From: Octopus vulgaris
Lineage: Eukaryota
Reading direction: 5' to 3'
Assembly: GCA_951406725.2 (NCBI GenBank)
Contig: OX597839.1
Location: 36,456,001 to 36,520,000, forward strand
DNA length: 64,000 bases
Shown here: positions 38,801 to 53,569 of the stretch, in pieces
Layout of the letters: every line of letters starts with the position of its first letter
Numbering within the stretch: the stretch's first letter is position 1
Made by a program: the position numbers and the translations under genes
Notes under the pieces: generated by a model
Database searches by the model: none
Told to the model about the DNA's origin: nothing
The model's input: only the letters and a program-made list of their open reading frames with translations

Positions 38801-40498
38801 CTGATGACGAAATGTCATCATCAGTAGAAAATAATTCTGTCAATGTATTTCTCATTAATACACTTGAACGACTCAGGCGGCGGAACATTTCACAGCTGAT
38901 TTGTTAAACTAGCAGACACATGATTTATTCAGTTGACTGAATATCAAGGCCACCTCACAGACCACCCACGACGACCACCACATCATGGATTAATGGATAT
39001 TAATCTGAATTTTAATGACTAGAACTGACCAAACCCTGAACTGACAAAGAAGCCTTTATGTGGTTGCTAAAGCTGCTAAAAATTGCAGTCAAGTTTTCCT
39101 CAAATCACTCCCTAGTTAATAATAAGGTCCTGAACCCATTTGGGTTTAACCCTTTTCATACCAACTTGCCTGAGACCACCCCTAGTTCTATGATAACCAC
39201 TCCAAAATGCATGCATCCAACAATCTGGTTAGCAAATGCTGTGAACTGACTCAGTCTATTTACACCTATTTGTCCACAGCAAGAAATTTTCTCCATCACA
39301 AAATACAGAAAAATGGATTTCTTACAGGTTCAAATCTACCTCAAGTATATCCAACTACAGACATTGGAATATGACACAGTCCTTAGGCCCATCAGAGCCT
39401 GTAAACTGTCTGACCCATGGCTGTATGGAACATGGATGTTAAATGATGATGAGTGCAATTTGATGGAATTCAGTTGGTATATCTAGTAGAGCAAAATGAC
39501 TGATGAGAAAGGGGCTAGATTTAGATATTAACCCTTTAGCATTTAAACTGGCCATATCCGGCCAAAAGTATTCTGCCTGTTTTATGTTCAAACTGGCCAG
39601 ATCTGGTCTCTCACACCAACCCTACAATATCATCTTAAAAATGAACAGCTACCGCATCAAAATCTCATAGTTACAAGATTAATGCATGATTAAGTTCAAA
39701 ACAATGTGGATAAAGAAGCATTAATTTTGGCAGAATAATGTGAACACCAAAGGGTTAAGGGGATTAGTGTCACACAACTAAACCTTTATAACAACAAAAA
39801 CAGAATCCCTTCTGAAAACACATTTTAGATGGTTCACACACTTCACAAAACATACTGCGGAGCAGCAGGGTGTGTCACAAAACATTCAACAAACATTCAC
39901 AGACTGGAGAAACATTCCAGGAAGGCCATAAAGCGCCAATTAATTTGATACTAACCAATCGACCCTGCCTCATCCACTGTCTTTGGCATTACAAGAATTT
40001 GGTGACATTCATGAAAATGCGAACAATTTCAGAGAGTAAAAGGGTTAGTAAAGGAAAAAAAACAACACACTCCTTGCCAACCTCACCTGACTGTAATTGT
40101 CATACAGGTAGCAGCATTAAGTAAGAATGATTGTAGTTAATAGATGGGAGAGATACACAGACAAAGACAGGCAACTATCTAGTCCACATAACCATTAGTT
40201 TGTATATAAGTGAACAGACAGAAGAAGATATAGGATAGGCCATGATGTCAGTGGATACAACACCCACTGCGCGACAAGGTAATAATCAACACTTGGCCTT
40301 AATAGATGTAATCAGATGTTTATTAGGGTTGGGGTTAGGGAGAGAGTGGGCTCCGACAGCTGAAGTGTGTGTGCGTGATTGTGTGGTTGTGTGTGTGATT
40401 GCATGTGTGTGTGTGGATTGCGTTTGTGTGTGTGATTGCGTGTGTGTGTGTGATTGCGTGTGTGTGTGTGTGATTGCGTGTGTGTGTGTGATTGTGTG

Positions 40499-40542
<44 letters not shown>

Positions 40543-41376
40543 GTGTGATTGTGTGTGTGTGTGAATATATGTACACACACATTTTCTTTTTCCATCTGTA
40601 CTGTTTAATCTGAGAATAATCCTCATGTCCCACCTTCCAGTTCTCTCTCCCCCACAGTACACACGTCACGTGTGTGTGTGTGTGTTTTGTATAAGTGCAA
40701 GGTGGGTGTGTGGCTTGGAAGTTTTGCTGGCCGCAGTTCTGTCTGATGAGCCACTGCTGACAAAACTTCAAAGTTCCATTTAAAATATTTAGACCCTACA
40801 CCAACACTGAGACTTTTGTTGGTTTCTGTTACACTTTGTAGGTTTTTAAAGTTCCTTATACTTAATGGTGTGTTGTGCTCTTGGGCAAGACCCTTTACTT
40901 TCCATTGCTCCAGTCCATGGCAGAAATTAGTGCTTGTATTTCAAAAGGCCAGCTTTGTCACATTCTGTGACACACTGAATCTCTCTGAGAACTACTATGT
41001 TAGGGGTACATATCTGAGGAGTACTCGACCACTTGCAATGTTAATCTCACAAGCGGGCTGTTCGATGGAGCGCTGGTTATAAACATATAACACTCAGTGT
41101 CATCATCATCATCGTTTAACATCCGCTTTCCATGCTGGCATGGGTTGGACGGTTTGACTGAGGTCTGGCAAGCCAGTAGGCAGCACCAGGCTCCAATCTG
41201 ATCTGGCAAGGTTTCTAGAGTTGGATGCCTTTCCTAATGCCAACCACTCCAAGAGTGTATCGGGTGCTTTTTATGTGCCACTGGCACAGGAGCCAGTTAA
41301 GCGACACTGGCGTTGACCATGCTTGGTGCTTTTTACGTGCCAGTGTGCCAGTCAGGCAGCATTGGCATTGACCACA

Positions 41377-41427
<51 letters not shown>

Positions 41428-43049
41428 TGCATGCTTATACACAAATAGGTGAATTGATAGATAGACATTTGAAACTCAAGCTCCTTTACATCATTACCCA
41501 GAGTTTTGTGTAGTTCATTTTTATCAAATGCTTCCATGAAACTGAGTGATAACAAAAGGCAGCCTCAGCTTGAAATATAACAAACACTCTAGATCATGTA
41601 TTGAGTAGTTTTTTTAATTTTTATTTCTTGATCGAGAATTCAAACACGTGTGTGTGTGTGTGTGTGTGTGTATGCATGTGTAAATAAATGTACACCCTTT
41701 AAAGTGGCAGGTATTCAGAAGGGTCAAACCGTCTCACACATGCCCACATGTGTGGGACATCATCTATTTCTTTACTACCCACAAGGGGCTAAACACAGAG
41801 GGGACAAACAAGGACCGACAAACGGATTAAGTCGATTACATCGACCCTAGTGCGTAACTGGTACTCAATTTATCGACCCCGAAAGGATGAAAGGCAAAGT
41901 CGATCTCGGTGGAATTTGAACTCAGAACGTAACGGCAGACGAAATATGGCTACGCATTTCGCCCAGCGTGCTAACGGTTCTGCCAGCTCGCCACCTTGGG
42001 ACATCATTATCATCTTAAACGGTGATGATGATGATGTATAAACCCCTATCATTGTTTATTTGGCCAATATTGTTGCATCATTCAAATGTCCTCTACACAC
42101 GAACCCAAATCTATAAGCCATGATTATTATCCCCAGTAATTCAAAACCTTTCAAATGCCTTTTAATACCAATGACATAAACATAACTCCAAATAAATCTT
42201 TTACTAAAGTAACCTGAATCCTGTTCGGCATGCTAAGGGTAGGGTTGGATGGGGCTGTGAAGTGTTGCAGGATGAAGAGGAGATTACACTCAAGGTAGTA
42301 GGATTTATTAATTTTTTTTTTCCAGATTAATTTAAGTCCTTTTCATTAGTATGGATTACAAAACCATACTGGCCTACCTATCCCATTCTCCCCCTATAGC
42401 CATTCAAAGAGTTCTAGCTTATGATTTTTATTTAAGTGGTGGGTAATAAGATATCAAATGGCATAAAATAATAGATGCAGAGAACAAGTAATCAGGTTGA
42501 ATTAGAGCCTAAAAACGCAAACGTTGAGTGCAGAGATGTGAAATCTGCCAAGATGAAGATTAGCTATAAGCAACGTATTGGCCAAGCTGATATAGGTATA
42601 AATTGAATAAAAACAAACAAGCAGTCAGCAGTTATCAAATTGGCTGCCTGGTTATGCTTTTGTTCGATTATATATATATATACAAATCGAGATAGGGGTT
42701 GTAAATGCAACCCTCCATGGGATAACATATATCCAATATACTGCTAGTGAAGTACCCAACAAAGTTAACACATAAATGTTAATGATTGCGATGCAATCAA
42801 TTCATTTACTGTATTATATGGGCAAAGGTAAAATGATTTACCACAAATTACTAATACAAGATAAGAAAATGGAGAAATACATCTAAATCAAATATCAATT
42901 ACCAGATAATACTCAATCACATACTTTATTAAACCACCACATAAGAGACTGTAGGGTTACATATAAAAAGCAGAACAAATCAGTGTACATAAAAAAGTGT
43001 ACCGTGTAATTGATATTTGATTTAGATGTATTTCTCCATTTTCTTATCT

Positions 43050-43103
<54 letters not shown>

Positions 43104-46100
43104 AGCATATATATGGAGATGACCACCATTACTCCATGTGATTGGCTTGAAAAATTGTAAAGATATTAAGATATTTTTCTTAACATGAAACCACTGGTAG
43201 CCTTAATACACAAAGAAATTTTATCCACCAATGCAGTGTTCAGCACTCATTCTCATTATTCAATATGTGTGTATATCTATCTATCTCTATGATAGATCAG
43301 TAGCCACTACACACATTTTTTTTTCTTTCCTTGTTTCTTTCTGTGTACCTTTCTGTAGAAGAGTGTAGGCTCGAAATGTTAAAGACTTTCAATTCCCGAG
43401 CATTATACTAATACATCTGTTTGTTTTCTACACCACCTGTCTTCATTTTTTGTTTTTTTCGTGAATTCTCCCTATCTATCTATCTATATATATATAACGG
43501 TAAGGTTTATGAAAATAAACAAAAGACGAAGGCAGGTGGAATACAAACAATTGTATTAGTATGGCGCTCAGGAATAGAAATAGAACAAGTCTTTTACGTT
43601 TCGAGCCTACTCTCTTCAACAGAAAGATACACAAAAAAAAAAAACAAGGAGAGAAAAAAAATGCATTTAGGAGCTAACGATCTATATATATATATAAACC
43701 TTTACGAGCATACTTATAGTCAAAAGGCTGTAACCATCCCAACTGTTGTTTGGACATAAGAGACAGGTGCGACTGTGTGGTTAAGAAGCTTGCTTCCTAA
43801 TCAAGTGGTCTTAGGTTTAGTCCCACTGCATGTCACCTTGGGCAGGTGTCTTCTAATATAATCCTGAGCTGACCAAAGCCTTATGAGGGGATTTCATAGA
43901 TGGGATCTGAAAGCTTGTTGTTTGTGTGTGCATGTGCACCCTTGTCTCCACATCATGGGATGATTGTAAATGAGCATCACTATCATACAAGTGATGTTCA
44001 TTTCTTGTCTCCCAGGATGAAATACTGTTGCTTGGATACAGGTGAGAGTTGGCAACAGTAAAGGCATCTGGTAGCAGAAAATCAACCTCAACAAATTCAA
44101 TTTGGCCCATAAGAAAGCATGGAAAAGTGCACATAAATTGATGATGATACGAAGGCTTATAAAATAAGGAGTGCAGAACCCATGACTTTCAGAAATACTT
44201 TTTCAGTCTCAGAATTGTCAAAACCTGGAACAAGCTAACCATATTGGTTATTACATGTCAGTAAACTGTATCCTTCAAGTATTTCACGCTTCTCAAAATC
44301 CGTCAACACCTTTCCTCTTTATAGTTCTTTTACAGTTCACTTTCTTGTCTTTTTCTATTTTATTCTGTATATATGTATTGCTAGCTTTCATTGTTTCTAT
44401 CTTTGTCTTATGTTTGCTCCATCCTCTCTTTGCTTACGAGATGCAATGGATCTGAGCACTGAATATGCAAAGCTCATCATTATTATTATCATCATCATAA
44501 AGATGGTTGGCTGGCAGAACTGTTCCAAGCGTTGGAGAAAATGCTTTGCAGTATTTCTTGCAGCTCATTATATTCCAAGTTCAAGTTCTGCCAAAGTCAA
44601 CTCTTTCTGGGTTGATAAAATAAAGTACCTATCAAGTACTGGGCTCAATGCAATTGACTTGTCCCCCCTCCCCTCAAAAATGTGTAAAAATTAGAAGGAA
44701 TTTTTATTACAGCTAAATTCTGCCGAGGTCAGCTTTGCCTTTCATCCTTTTGGGGTTGATAAATTGAGAACCAATGAAACACAGGGGTTGATGTAATCAA
44801 CTAGTCCCCTACTCAAAGATTTCAGGCCTTGTGCCTTTAGTAGAAAGAATTATTATTATTATTATTATTATTATCATCATCATCTTTCAATGTTGAGGAA
44901 ATAAAGCACCGGTCAAACACTGGAATCGATGAAATCAACTATTCCCCTCCTCCAAAATTTCTGACCTTGTGCTTATAGTGGAAAGAATTATTATTATTAT
45001 TATCATATATGATGTTTAGATTTTGCTTTGTGTTTGTTGTTATTACCATCATTATTGAAAGCAGCAAGCTGGCAGAATTATTAGCATATCAAACAAAATG
45101 CTTAGCAGCAAAGTCACCAAGGTTGACTTTGCCTTTCATCCTTTTGGGACTGATAAAATACGTACCAGTTGAATTCTGGAGTCGATATAATTAACTTATC
45201 CTTTCCCTGAAATTACTGGCCTTGTGTCAAGATTCGAAATCATTATTATTATTATTATTATTATCATCTTGAGCGGGTCATTCTGCCAATAAGACACTCA
45301 CACTAGTTCTATTTCACTTATTAGTATTAGTCAATTCATCAATCAGCTAGGTATTTTTTAAGAAGTCCCTTTGTCGCCATTTGCAACCTCATCAATGACA
45401 TGCGATCCCTTCTCCAGGTCTGCTTCCTTTAAAAAAAAGGAGAGAGTAGGTTTTTATTTCAGTGTTAGTGTGATTTGAGCTGCTATTTCTAGCAGGCTGA
45501 AACAACCATAATGACACCTTTACACGGAGACAAAGATGGTCAACAGAAATGGCCAGCTTAGCAATGGCCCGCCTTAAAACAATAGAAACGGAAGTAAAAG
45601 CTAGACGTGTGTACAGTTACCGTTTTGTTTATACCACAGTAAAAGCACACAGCTTAATACTGTGTACACTTAGTTGGGTAGAGTTAGTCGGGGTAGAGCC
45701 ATCAAGTCAGACAGCTACTCACAACCCCTGTAAAACTATCCTTTATGTAATAAATACGAAAATGTCTGTAGTCAGCCACAGATTTAAGTCACTGAAGTAG
45801 CAACGATGACTCAATTACCCAGAAAGATGTCCATACCTGTGTCTGTGTGTACACACAAATAATAAATTTCACACAAACACATACCTGTGCCCCCTTTTTT
45901 GTATATATTATTCAAAATATGTACTGTGTGTATACATACACTATATACACCCCCACACATATTTATATGAATAGAAAGTAACACTTCCTTAAAACCTATT
46001 TGAAAAAGAAAAAAGCCCAACCCCCATCTCTCTCATCCTGAATATTTGTAATTTTGTCTAAACACACGTCTCTTTCTCTCTCTCCCAGTCAATGTTTTAT

Positions 46101-47636
46101 GTCTACCTGACGACATTGAGTGGACAGTCAAGGTTTCAAACCAAAGTTGGAAGATAACTTTTGCATGACGGGAGGAGTGATTATACTCTTTACTCTTTTA
46201 CTTGTTTCAGTTAGTTGACTGCGGCCATGCTGGAGCACCGCCTTTTAGTCGAGCAAATCGACCCCCAGGACTTATTCTTTGTAAGCCTAGTACTTATTCT
46301 ATCGGTCTCTTTTGCCGAACCGCTAAGTAACAGGGACATAAACACACCAGCATCAAGCAATGTTAGGGGGACAAACACAGACACACAAACACATATATAT
46401 ATACATATATACGACGGGCTTCTTTCAGTTTCCGTCTACCAAATCCACTCACAAGGCTTTGGTCGGCCCGAGGCTACAGTAGAAGACACTTGCCGAAGGT
46501 GCCACGCAGTGGGACTGAACCCGGAACCGTGTGGTTGGTAAACAAGCTACTTACCACACAGCCACTCCTGCGCCCACTATAATAAAAATTAATTCTTTTT
46601 ATTGGCCACAAGGGCTGACAAAAATCAATTATTACATAAAGGGAGAAAACAGGACGAAAATATCGCATCTAGCCGATTGCCACATAAACACGCACGCACA
46701 CATACACACCCCTATACATGTGCACACACATATAGTATATACCCCCACCACACACAAGCATAAGCTATGACCCACGGCTGACATTAAAAACTTCAGCTGT
46801 TTTTTGCGATCACTCACTGCGTGCGTGCGCGCGCGTGTGTGTGTATAATAAACATACACAAACTTATATACACTCGTACACGTGTGTATTGAATGTATGT
46901 GCGCCTGAGTGAGTGAGCGAACGAAATAAAAAAGTTCAAAATCAAAGGAATACATCTTCCTTTCAAATAAAAAAAAACCCCTTGTCTCAGCTAATTGAGG
47001 GTCGGGGGAGGGCGGAAACAAGGGTGGTGGTGGCGGAGGTGATGGTGGTGGTAGAAGGTCGATGGGTTTTGAAAGGGGGTGGGAGAAAGGAGGCGATGAG
47101 GGGGATAGGGGAGAGGTGGAATAGAGGAGAAGTTATTAAATGTCACAAGAAGTTACATTCCAAGTAGAAAGAGTCTGTAGACAAAGAACCACCGCCGCCG
47201 CCACCACCACTACCGGCGCCGCCGCCACCACCACCGCCAAGGTACGGTGAAGGTATATAAAGGGGGGGAGGGGGGATATGTCTGACTTTTAGTCTGCCGA
47301 GACGGCGATCTCTCGGCTTCGATTTCAATTTTATTTCCTTTGTATCGCTAATTTCCATTTAAAAATACGGCATGACTTGAATGTCATGTTTTCCTATTTC
47401 CTATATAACTTTCTTCTATATACATACATACATATATATGTATATATTATATAGCACGCAGAAGGAAAAAAAAAATCCACTTTATAGTTTGCGGTACTTT
47501 TTCGTAACTCAGTAAAGAGAAGTGACTACGCACACATATATGTGTGTATATATATATACATTCACACACACAAATATATATATATATATACACAAATAAT
47601 AGATACAAGCGTATATATATATACACATACAAGCAC

Positions 47637-47680
<44 letters not shown>

Positions 47681-47718
47681 TCAGCTCAGAGCTGCGGCCA
47701 TGCTGGTGCACTGCCGTT

Positions 47719-47752
<34 letters not shown>

Positions 47753-47795
47753 CACAAACAATCACATAGACACATGCATATATAAACAATTGCGT

Positions 47796-47826
<31 letters not shown>

Positions 47827-47919
47827 CACACACTATATGTATATATACACACATCTCTCTCCATATATATATATATATATACATACACACACACTATATG
47901 TATATATATACACACCTCT

Positions 47920-47954
<35 letters not shown>

Positions 47955-48913
47955 TATACATACATACATACACACACTATATGTATATATACACACATCT
48001 CTCCTTCTCTCTATATCTATCTATATATTATACTATACTGTATGTGTATTACTCTATGTTGCTGTACATTAAGAGAGGAAGCGAATGTTTATAAGAGGTG
48101 AAGTTTGTTCTTACCTTGTTGTATGAGAGACAGCAGATTGTGTTTGGTGCGTGCGAGAGACAGGTAATTGATGGAGGTGGAGGAGGAGAAGGGAGTGACA
48201 GCTGTCGATAGAGGAGGAAGGAAGGAGTGATAGACGAACGAACGAGGTGGAGGGGGGGAGGGGAGAGTAGTGATTGTATGAGAAAAAGACAAAAGAGAAT
48301 GTAGGAGAGAGAAAGAAAGAGAGAGAGAGGAGGGGAGGAGGAGATGAGAGGGGGTAAGAGGGAGAAAGGAGTTGAGGAGTCGGAAGAGAGACGTAGGTGA
48401 GACGGAAAGGAAAGGGAAGGACAGAAAGGAATGAAAGGGGGCGAGAGAAGATGAGAGAGGTTGTGGTGTGAGGGGGAACAGTAAGAGATGTCGATCAGCG
48501 AGAGGGAGAAGGGGAGAGAGAGAGAGCCTATTAAATAAAAGTGTGATAGAGTGACCAATGCTAGAGTCCACGTGAGTGTGTTTGTGTGTGGATGAAATTA
48601 TGAGTGTTAGGTTTGCATGTATATATATGTGAGTGTATATGGATACTTAGGTGCATATTACATATGCGGGAGGGTTAATATACTTTGTGTGTGTGTGTGT
48701 GTAAGTATGTTATGGAGCTTGACGGTAAATTGTGTCCTATTGTCCAATCAATCCAGGTTAAGTAGGTCAGAAGGAGATTGGAAAAAAACCAGGTGATACG
48801 GTGTGTTTAATACCTATCGTATTTTCACACACACACACACACGTAAATACATAAACACAGAGAAAAACAGATGGGGATATGACAATGAATGACAGACACA
48901 CGGGTACATACAC

Positions 48914-48948
<35 letters not shown>

Positions 48949-51726
48949 TCAGGCGGTGCCCCAGCATGGCCGCAGTCAAATGACTGAAACAAGTAAAAGA
49001 GAGAGAGTAGAGAGAGTATATATATATATATATATATATACAGAGAGAGAGAGAGAGGTAGGGAGACACGCACACACACTGACAGGCAAATATTGGACAC
49101 CCTAACAGAGATATACACAAATACAGAGAAACACACAAGCCACCCTTGACATCTACCTACCCGCCATACAACAATCACACAGCCTGGTCAGAAATCCAAC
49201 ATCATCATCATCATCGTCATTATCGTCTACCCCAATCTCTCTATACTTCATCATGCCATCCACCCCCACCACTTTACTTTGCACTCACCCGTCACACCCA
49301 CTCACTCAATGGATCAGTCAATTTTCTTTCAACTTCCTCCTTCCAATCTGGTGGTGGGAGGTAAGAGTGAAAAAAAAAGAAAAAGGAAAAGGAAAAGGAA
49401 AAAGTTGGGTGGCTGAAGCAAGTGATTTGGGGTGGAGGGAAGGAAACGTGGGATTAAACCCCAAGGTAAATAGAGAGAGAGAGAGAGAGAACGAAAGAAA
49501 GAGATGTGGGTTGTCGGCCTACTCTAAAATTCACTGAAGAGAACCTTTAACCTGCTAGAAATAGTAGTCAAATTTCCATTAAATCACAATATCATGGAAT
49601 GAGGGCTCACCAGGAACTCAACAGCAGCAGCCTGCCCCAGGATGAGCATGGCAATAGAACAGCTTGCTCTGTCTGCCTCATACATTACTCGATAGGATTG
49701 ACTCCTCAATGGAGGCCCCAACCCACAACAATTCTGAGAGACACTACATATTACTGTGTAAGGATACATTGTATTGTGTGGTAGTGAAGAGGTCTGTGTG
49801 TGTGTCGTGGCTTTGAACCTTGAATATGGTGACATATTGTATCCTTGAGCAAGGTACAGCATATCCAGTCTACTACACAGCTGAAAATGGCTTTCAGTTG
49901 ACTGCTAGGACAGCTCTCTGCTTTTCCAACTGTTACACCTTTGATGTTCTGAATTAAAAGGTGAGAGCTGAGAGAGGAGGATCTTTGACTGCTCATGACA
50001 AGAAAGGCACCTTAAACAATTAGATCTTACTTTGCAAGGGGCAGTTAAACTCTTGACACCTTTTAGTATGGTCATCCACCACCTCCCTTTCTCTCTGACT
50101 CACATGTATCATCAAATGCCCCTCTATTCTTATTTCTTTACTGCTCACTAGGGGCTACACAGAGAGGGGACAGACAAATGGATTAAATCGATTTCTTTTC
50201 ATTTACTTGTTTCAGTCATTTGACTGCGGCCATGCTGGAGCACCGCCTTTAGTCGATCAAATCCACCCCGGGACTTATTCTATCGGTCTCTTTTGCCGAA
50301 CCACTAAGTGACGGGGACATAAACACACCAGCATCGGTTGTCAAGCAATGCTAGGGGGACAAACACAGACATACAAACACACACACACATATATACGACA
50401 GGCTTCTTTCAGTTTCCGTCTACCAAATCCACTCACAAGGCATTAGTCGGCCCAGTGCTATAGCAGAAAACACTTGCCCAAGATGCCACGCCGTGAGGCT
50501 GAACCCGGAATCATGTGGTTGCTTAGCAAGCTACTTACCACACAGCCACTCCTGCACCTATAATATCGATCCCAGTGTGTAACTGGTAATTATTTAGTCG
50601 ACCCCAAAAGGATAAAAGGCAAAGTTCCTCGGCGGAATTTGAACTCAGAACGTAACGGCAGACGAAATACCGTTAAGCATTTCGCCTGGCATGCTTATAT
50701 TTCTGCCAGCTCGCCACCTTAATGCCCCTCTATTCTTGTTCACCATTCACTACATCCATCACTCAACTCTACCCACTTTCTACAGTCATCACCTACTCTC
50801 ACCTACATTCTCCTCTTACTAATACTTATCATTGACCATCCCTCATCCCATTCATTATATTCACCCCTCTCACCTCTACTCCGCCCATATACTCTTGCAA
50901 TCTCTACTCATTCACACTTCCTGCTCTTCTTTCCCTGCTCACATTCACCTTCTTGTATGTAGAAGGTTCACACCTCATCACCAACATTCCCTTTATCTCT
51001 TCCTAGCTCCACCTTAGATACTTACAGCCTCTCTTCTATAATAATATGAACAGTTATGTCACTTCTCTCCAGCAAGAAACCTGTTCTGGCCCATTCTTTC
51101 ATACTTTGGCCTGTCATCTCCTAGCACAAAGCTGTCTCCCACTCAACTGAAGACCTCCTCAGTTAGAAAGGCTCTCAATCTTCTAAGTTGCATGGTGACT
51201 TCACTAATACTTGTGACATTAAAAAAAAATACTAAGCATCAGTATGCTGCAAAATGGTTGGCATTAGGAATGGTCTCCACTTCTTATTTCTTTATTGCCC
51301 ACAAGGGGCTAAACACAGAGGGGACAAACAAGGACAGACAAACGGATTAAGTCGATTATATCGACCCCCAGTGCGTAACTGGTACTTATTTAATCGACCC
51401 CGAAAGGACAAAAGGCAAAGTCGACCTCGGCGGAATTTGAACTCAGAACGTAACGACAGACGAAATACTGCTAAGCATTTCGCCCGGCGTGCTAACGTTT
51501 CTGCCAGCTCTGCCACTTCTTGCATGGCGCACTTCTCTGACCAGTCAGATCCTGTCAAACTGTTCAATACACGCCAGCATTGAAGACTTTCTTTACTCTC
51601 GTTTTTACTTGTTTCAGTCATTTGACCGTGGCCATGCTGGAGCACCAGATTTAGTTGAGCAAATCGACTCCAGGACTTATTCTTTGGTAGACGGAAACTG
51701 AAAGAAGCCTGTCGTATATATGTGTA

Positions 51727-51759
<33 letters not shown>

Positions 51760-53535
51760 GCGTGTGTGTTTGTGTTTGTCCCCTTAGCATTGCTTAACAA
51801 CCGATGCTGGCGTGTTTATGTCCCTGTTACTTAGCGGTTCGGCAAAAGAGGCCGATAGAATAAGACCTGGGGTCGATTTGCTCGACTAAAGGCGGTGCTC
51901 CAGCATGGCCACAGTCAAAATGACTGAAACAAGTAAAAGATAAAGATAAAAGTACATACGTAATTTGTGAAATCCACAGCTGGAACAAAGTGAATTCAAT
52001 CAGCATAAAATGATTTTAAGGCTAAATAGTGCTTGCTTGTTTAACCGTAGGTCAACTCAGATCTGCTTAGGTAGACAGATGATCCAAAATGTTGTAGATG
52101 AATTATTTAGCTATCCTTATTTTTAAGATGATAAGGTATGATATGAGGGATGTCTTGACTACTTTTTCTAGCAGGGTGAGGATTCCCTTCTTGGTTCGTT
52201 GACCTTCCAGTATTCAGCAAAGAGAAAATGGAAACTCGGAATGTTTTGATCAACAAGGAAAGAATCTCAGTTATCTTGTGTGTGTGTGTGTGTATAAGTA
52301 TATATATATATATATATATATATATCTGGATCAGATAAGAGAGATAATGACTATGGGTTATGTGTGTGTGTATGCTCAGGTGTGTTGCTGATGTTTACCA
52401 AGGTGAGAGATAGGTGTTTGTGTATATATGGTTATATAATCATATTTATATATACACACACACACACGTGTATTTTCAGGTGTATTGTTCATGTTTATTA
52501 CTAAGGTGTGGGTTGGACTTAAGCAGTATGGTATGTGTGGTGAGTGTGGGTGTAGCACAGTGAGTGTGGGTGTAGCGCAGTGAGTGTGGGTGTAGCGCAG
52601 TGAGTGTGGGTGTAGCGCGGTGAGTGTGGGTGTAGTGCGGTGAGTGTGGGTGTAGCGCGGTGAGTGTGGGTGTAGCGCGGTGAGTGTGGGTGCGCGGTGA
52701 GTGTGGGTGGAGAGAGTGGGTGGTGCACGGAGAGTGTGGGTGGTGTTATGCCAGCAGGGACTATGTGGCTTACATCGAAATAATAAGGAAGGGTGCAATG
52801 GAAACACAGACATCTCACCTCACATTACATCAGGTTTCACACACAATAGTACATAACACCTCGTACACACCTCAGGATATCATACCACACACACAATAGT
52901 ACAGAATACCTCACACACATATCATAATACACAATTCCTTATACATATACCTCGGTTATGTCCATCTCTCTCTCTCTCTCTCTCACATACTCATAATACA
53001 TAATACTATGCCATACCTTACATACATCCATCATACCTCTCTCACACACACACACAATTACTTTATATACCTTCATCCATCATATGTCCATCACATACAC
53101 AATAACTACTACATTACACTATATATATATATATATATATATATGTATAGGCACAGGAGTGGCTGTGTGGTAAATAGCTTGCTAACCAACCACATGGTTC
53201 CGGGTTCAGTCCTACTGCGTGGCATCTTGGGCAAGTGTCTTCTGCTATAGCCCCAGGCCGACCAATGCCTTGTGAGTGGATTTGGTAGATGGAAACTGAA
53301 AGAAGCCTGTCGTATATATGTATATATATATGTGTGTGTGTGTGTGTTTGTCCCCCTAGCATTGCTTGACAACCGATGCTGGTGTGTTTACGTCCCCGTC
53401 ACTTAGCGGTTCGGTAAAATAGACCGACAGAATAAGTACTGGGCTTACAAAAGAATAAGTCCCGGGGTCGAGTTGCTCGACTAAAGGCGGTGCTCCAGCA
53501 TGGCCGCAGTCAAATGACTGAAACAAGTAAAAGAG

Positions 53536-53569
<34 letters not shown>

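Noticed and set aside
38800-38887. Possible alternative first exon [29 protein letters not shown], and a CTGATGA-C-GAAA hammerhead
   Set aside because: No phase-1 donor joins the next exon and a stop follows. The hammerhead-like boxes have no stem II.
40242-40771. ORFs rich in CV, HT or YI (also at 14349-14810, 47447-48094, 52376-52899 and elsewhere)
   Set aside because: They are translations of microsatellites and minisatellites.
51254-51747. Recurrent ORFs such as [31 protein letters not shown] and [14 protein letters not shown]
   Set aside because: They recur because they are translations of SINE B and SINE A copies, not of a gene family.
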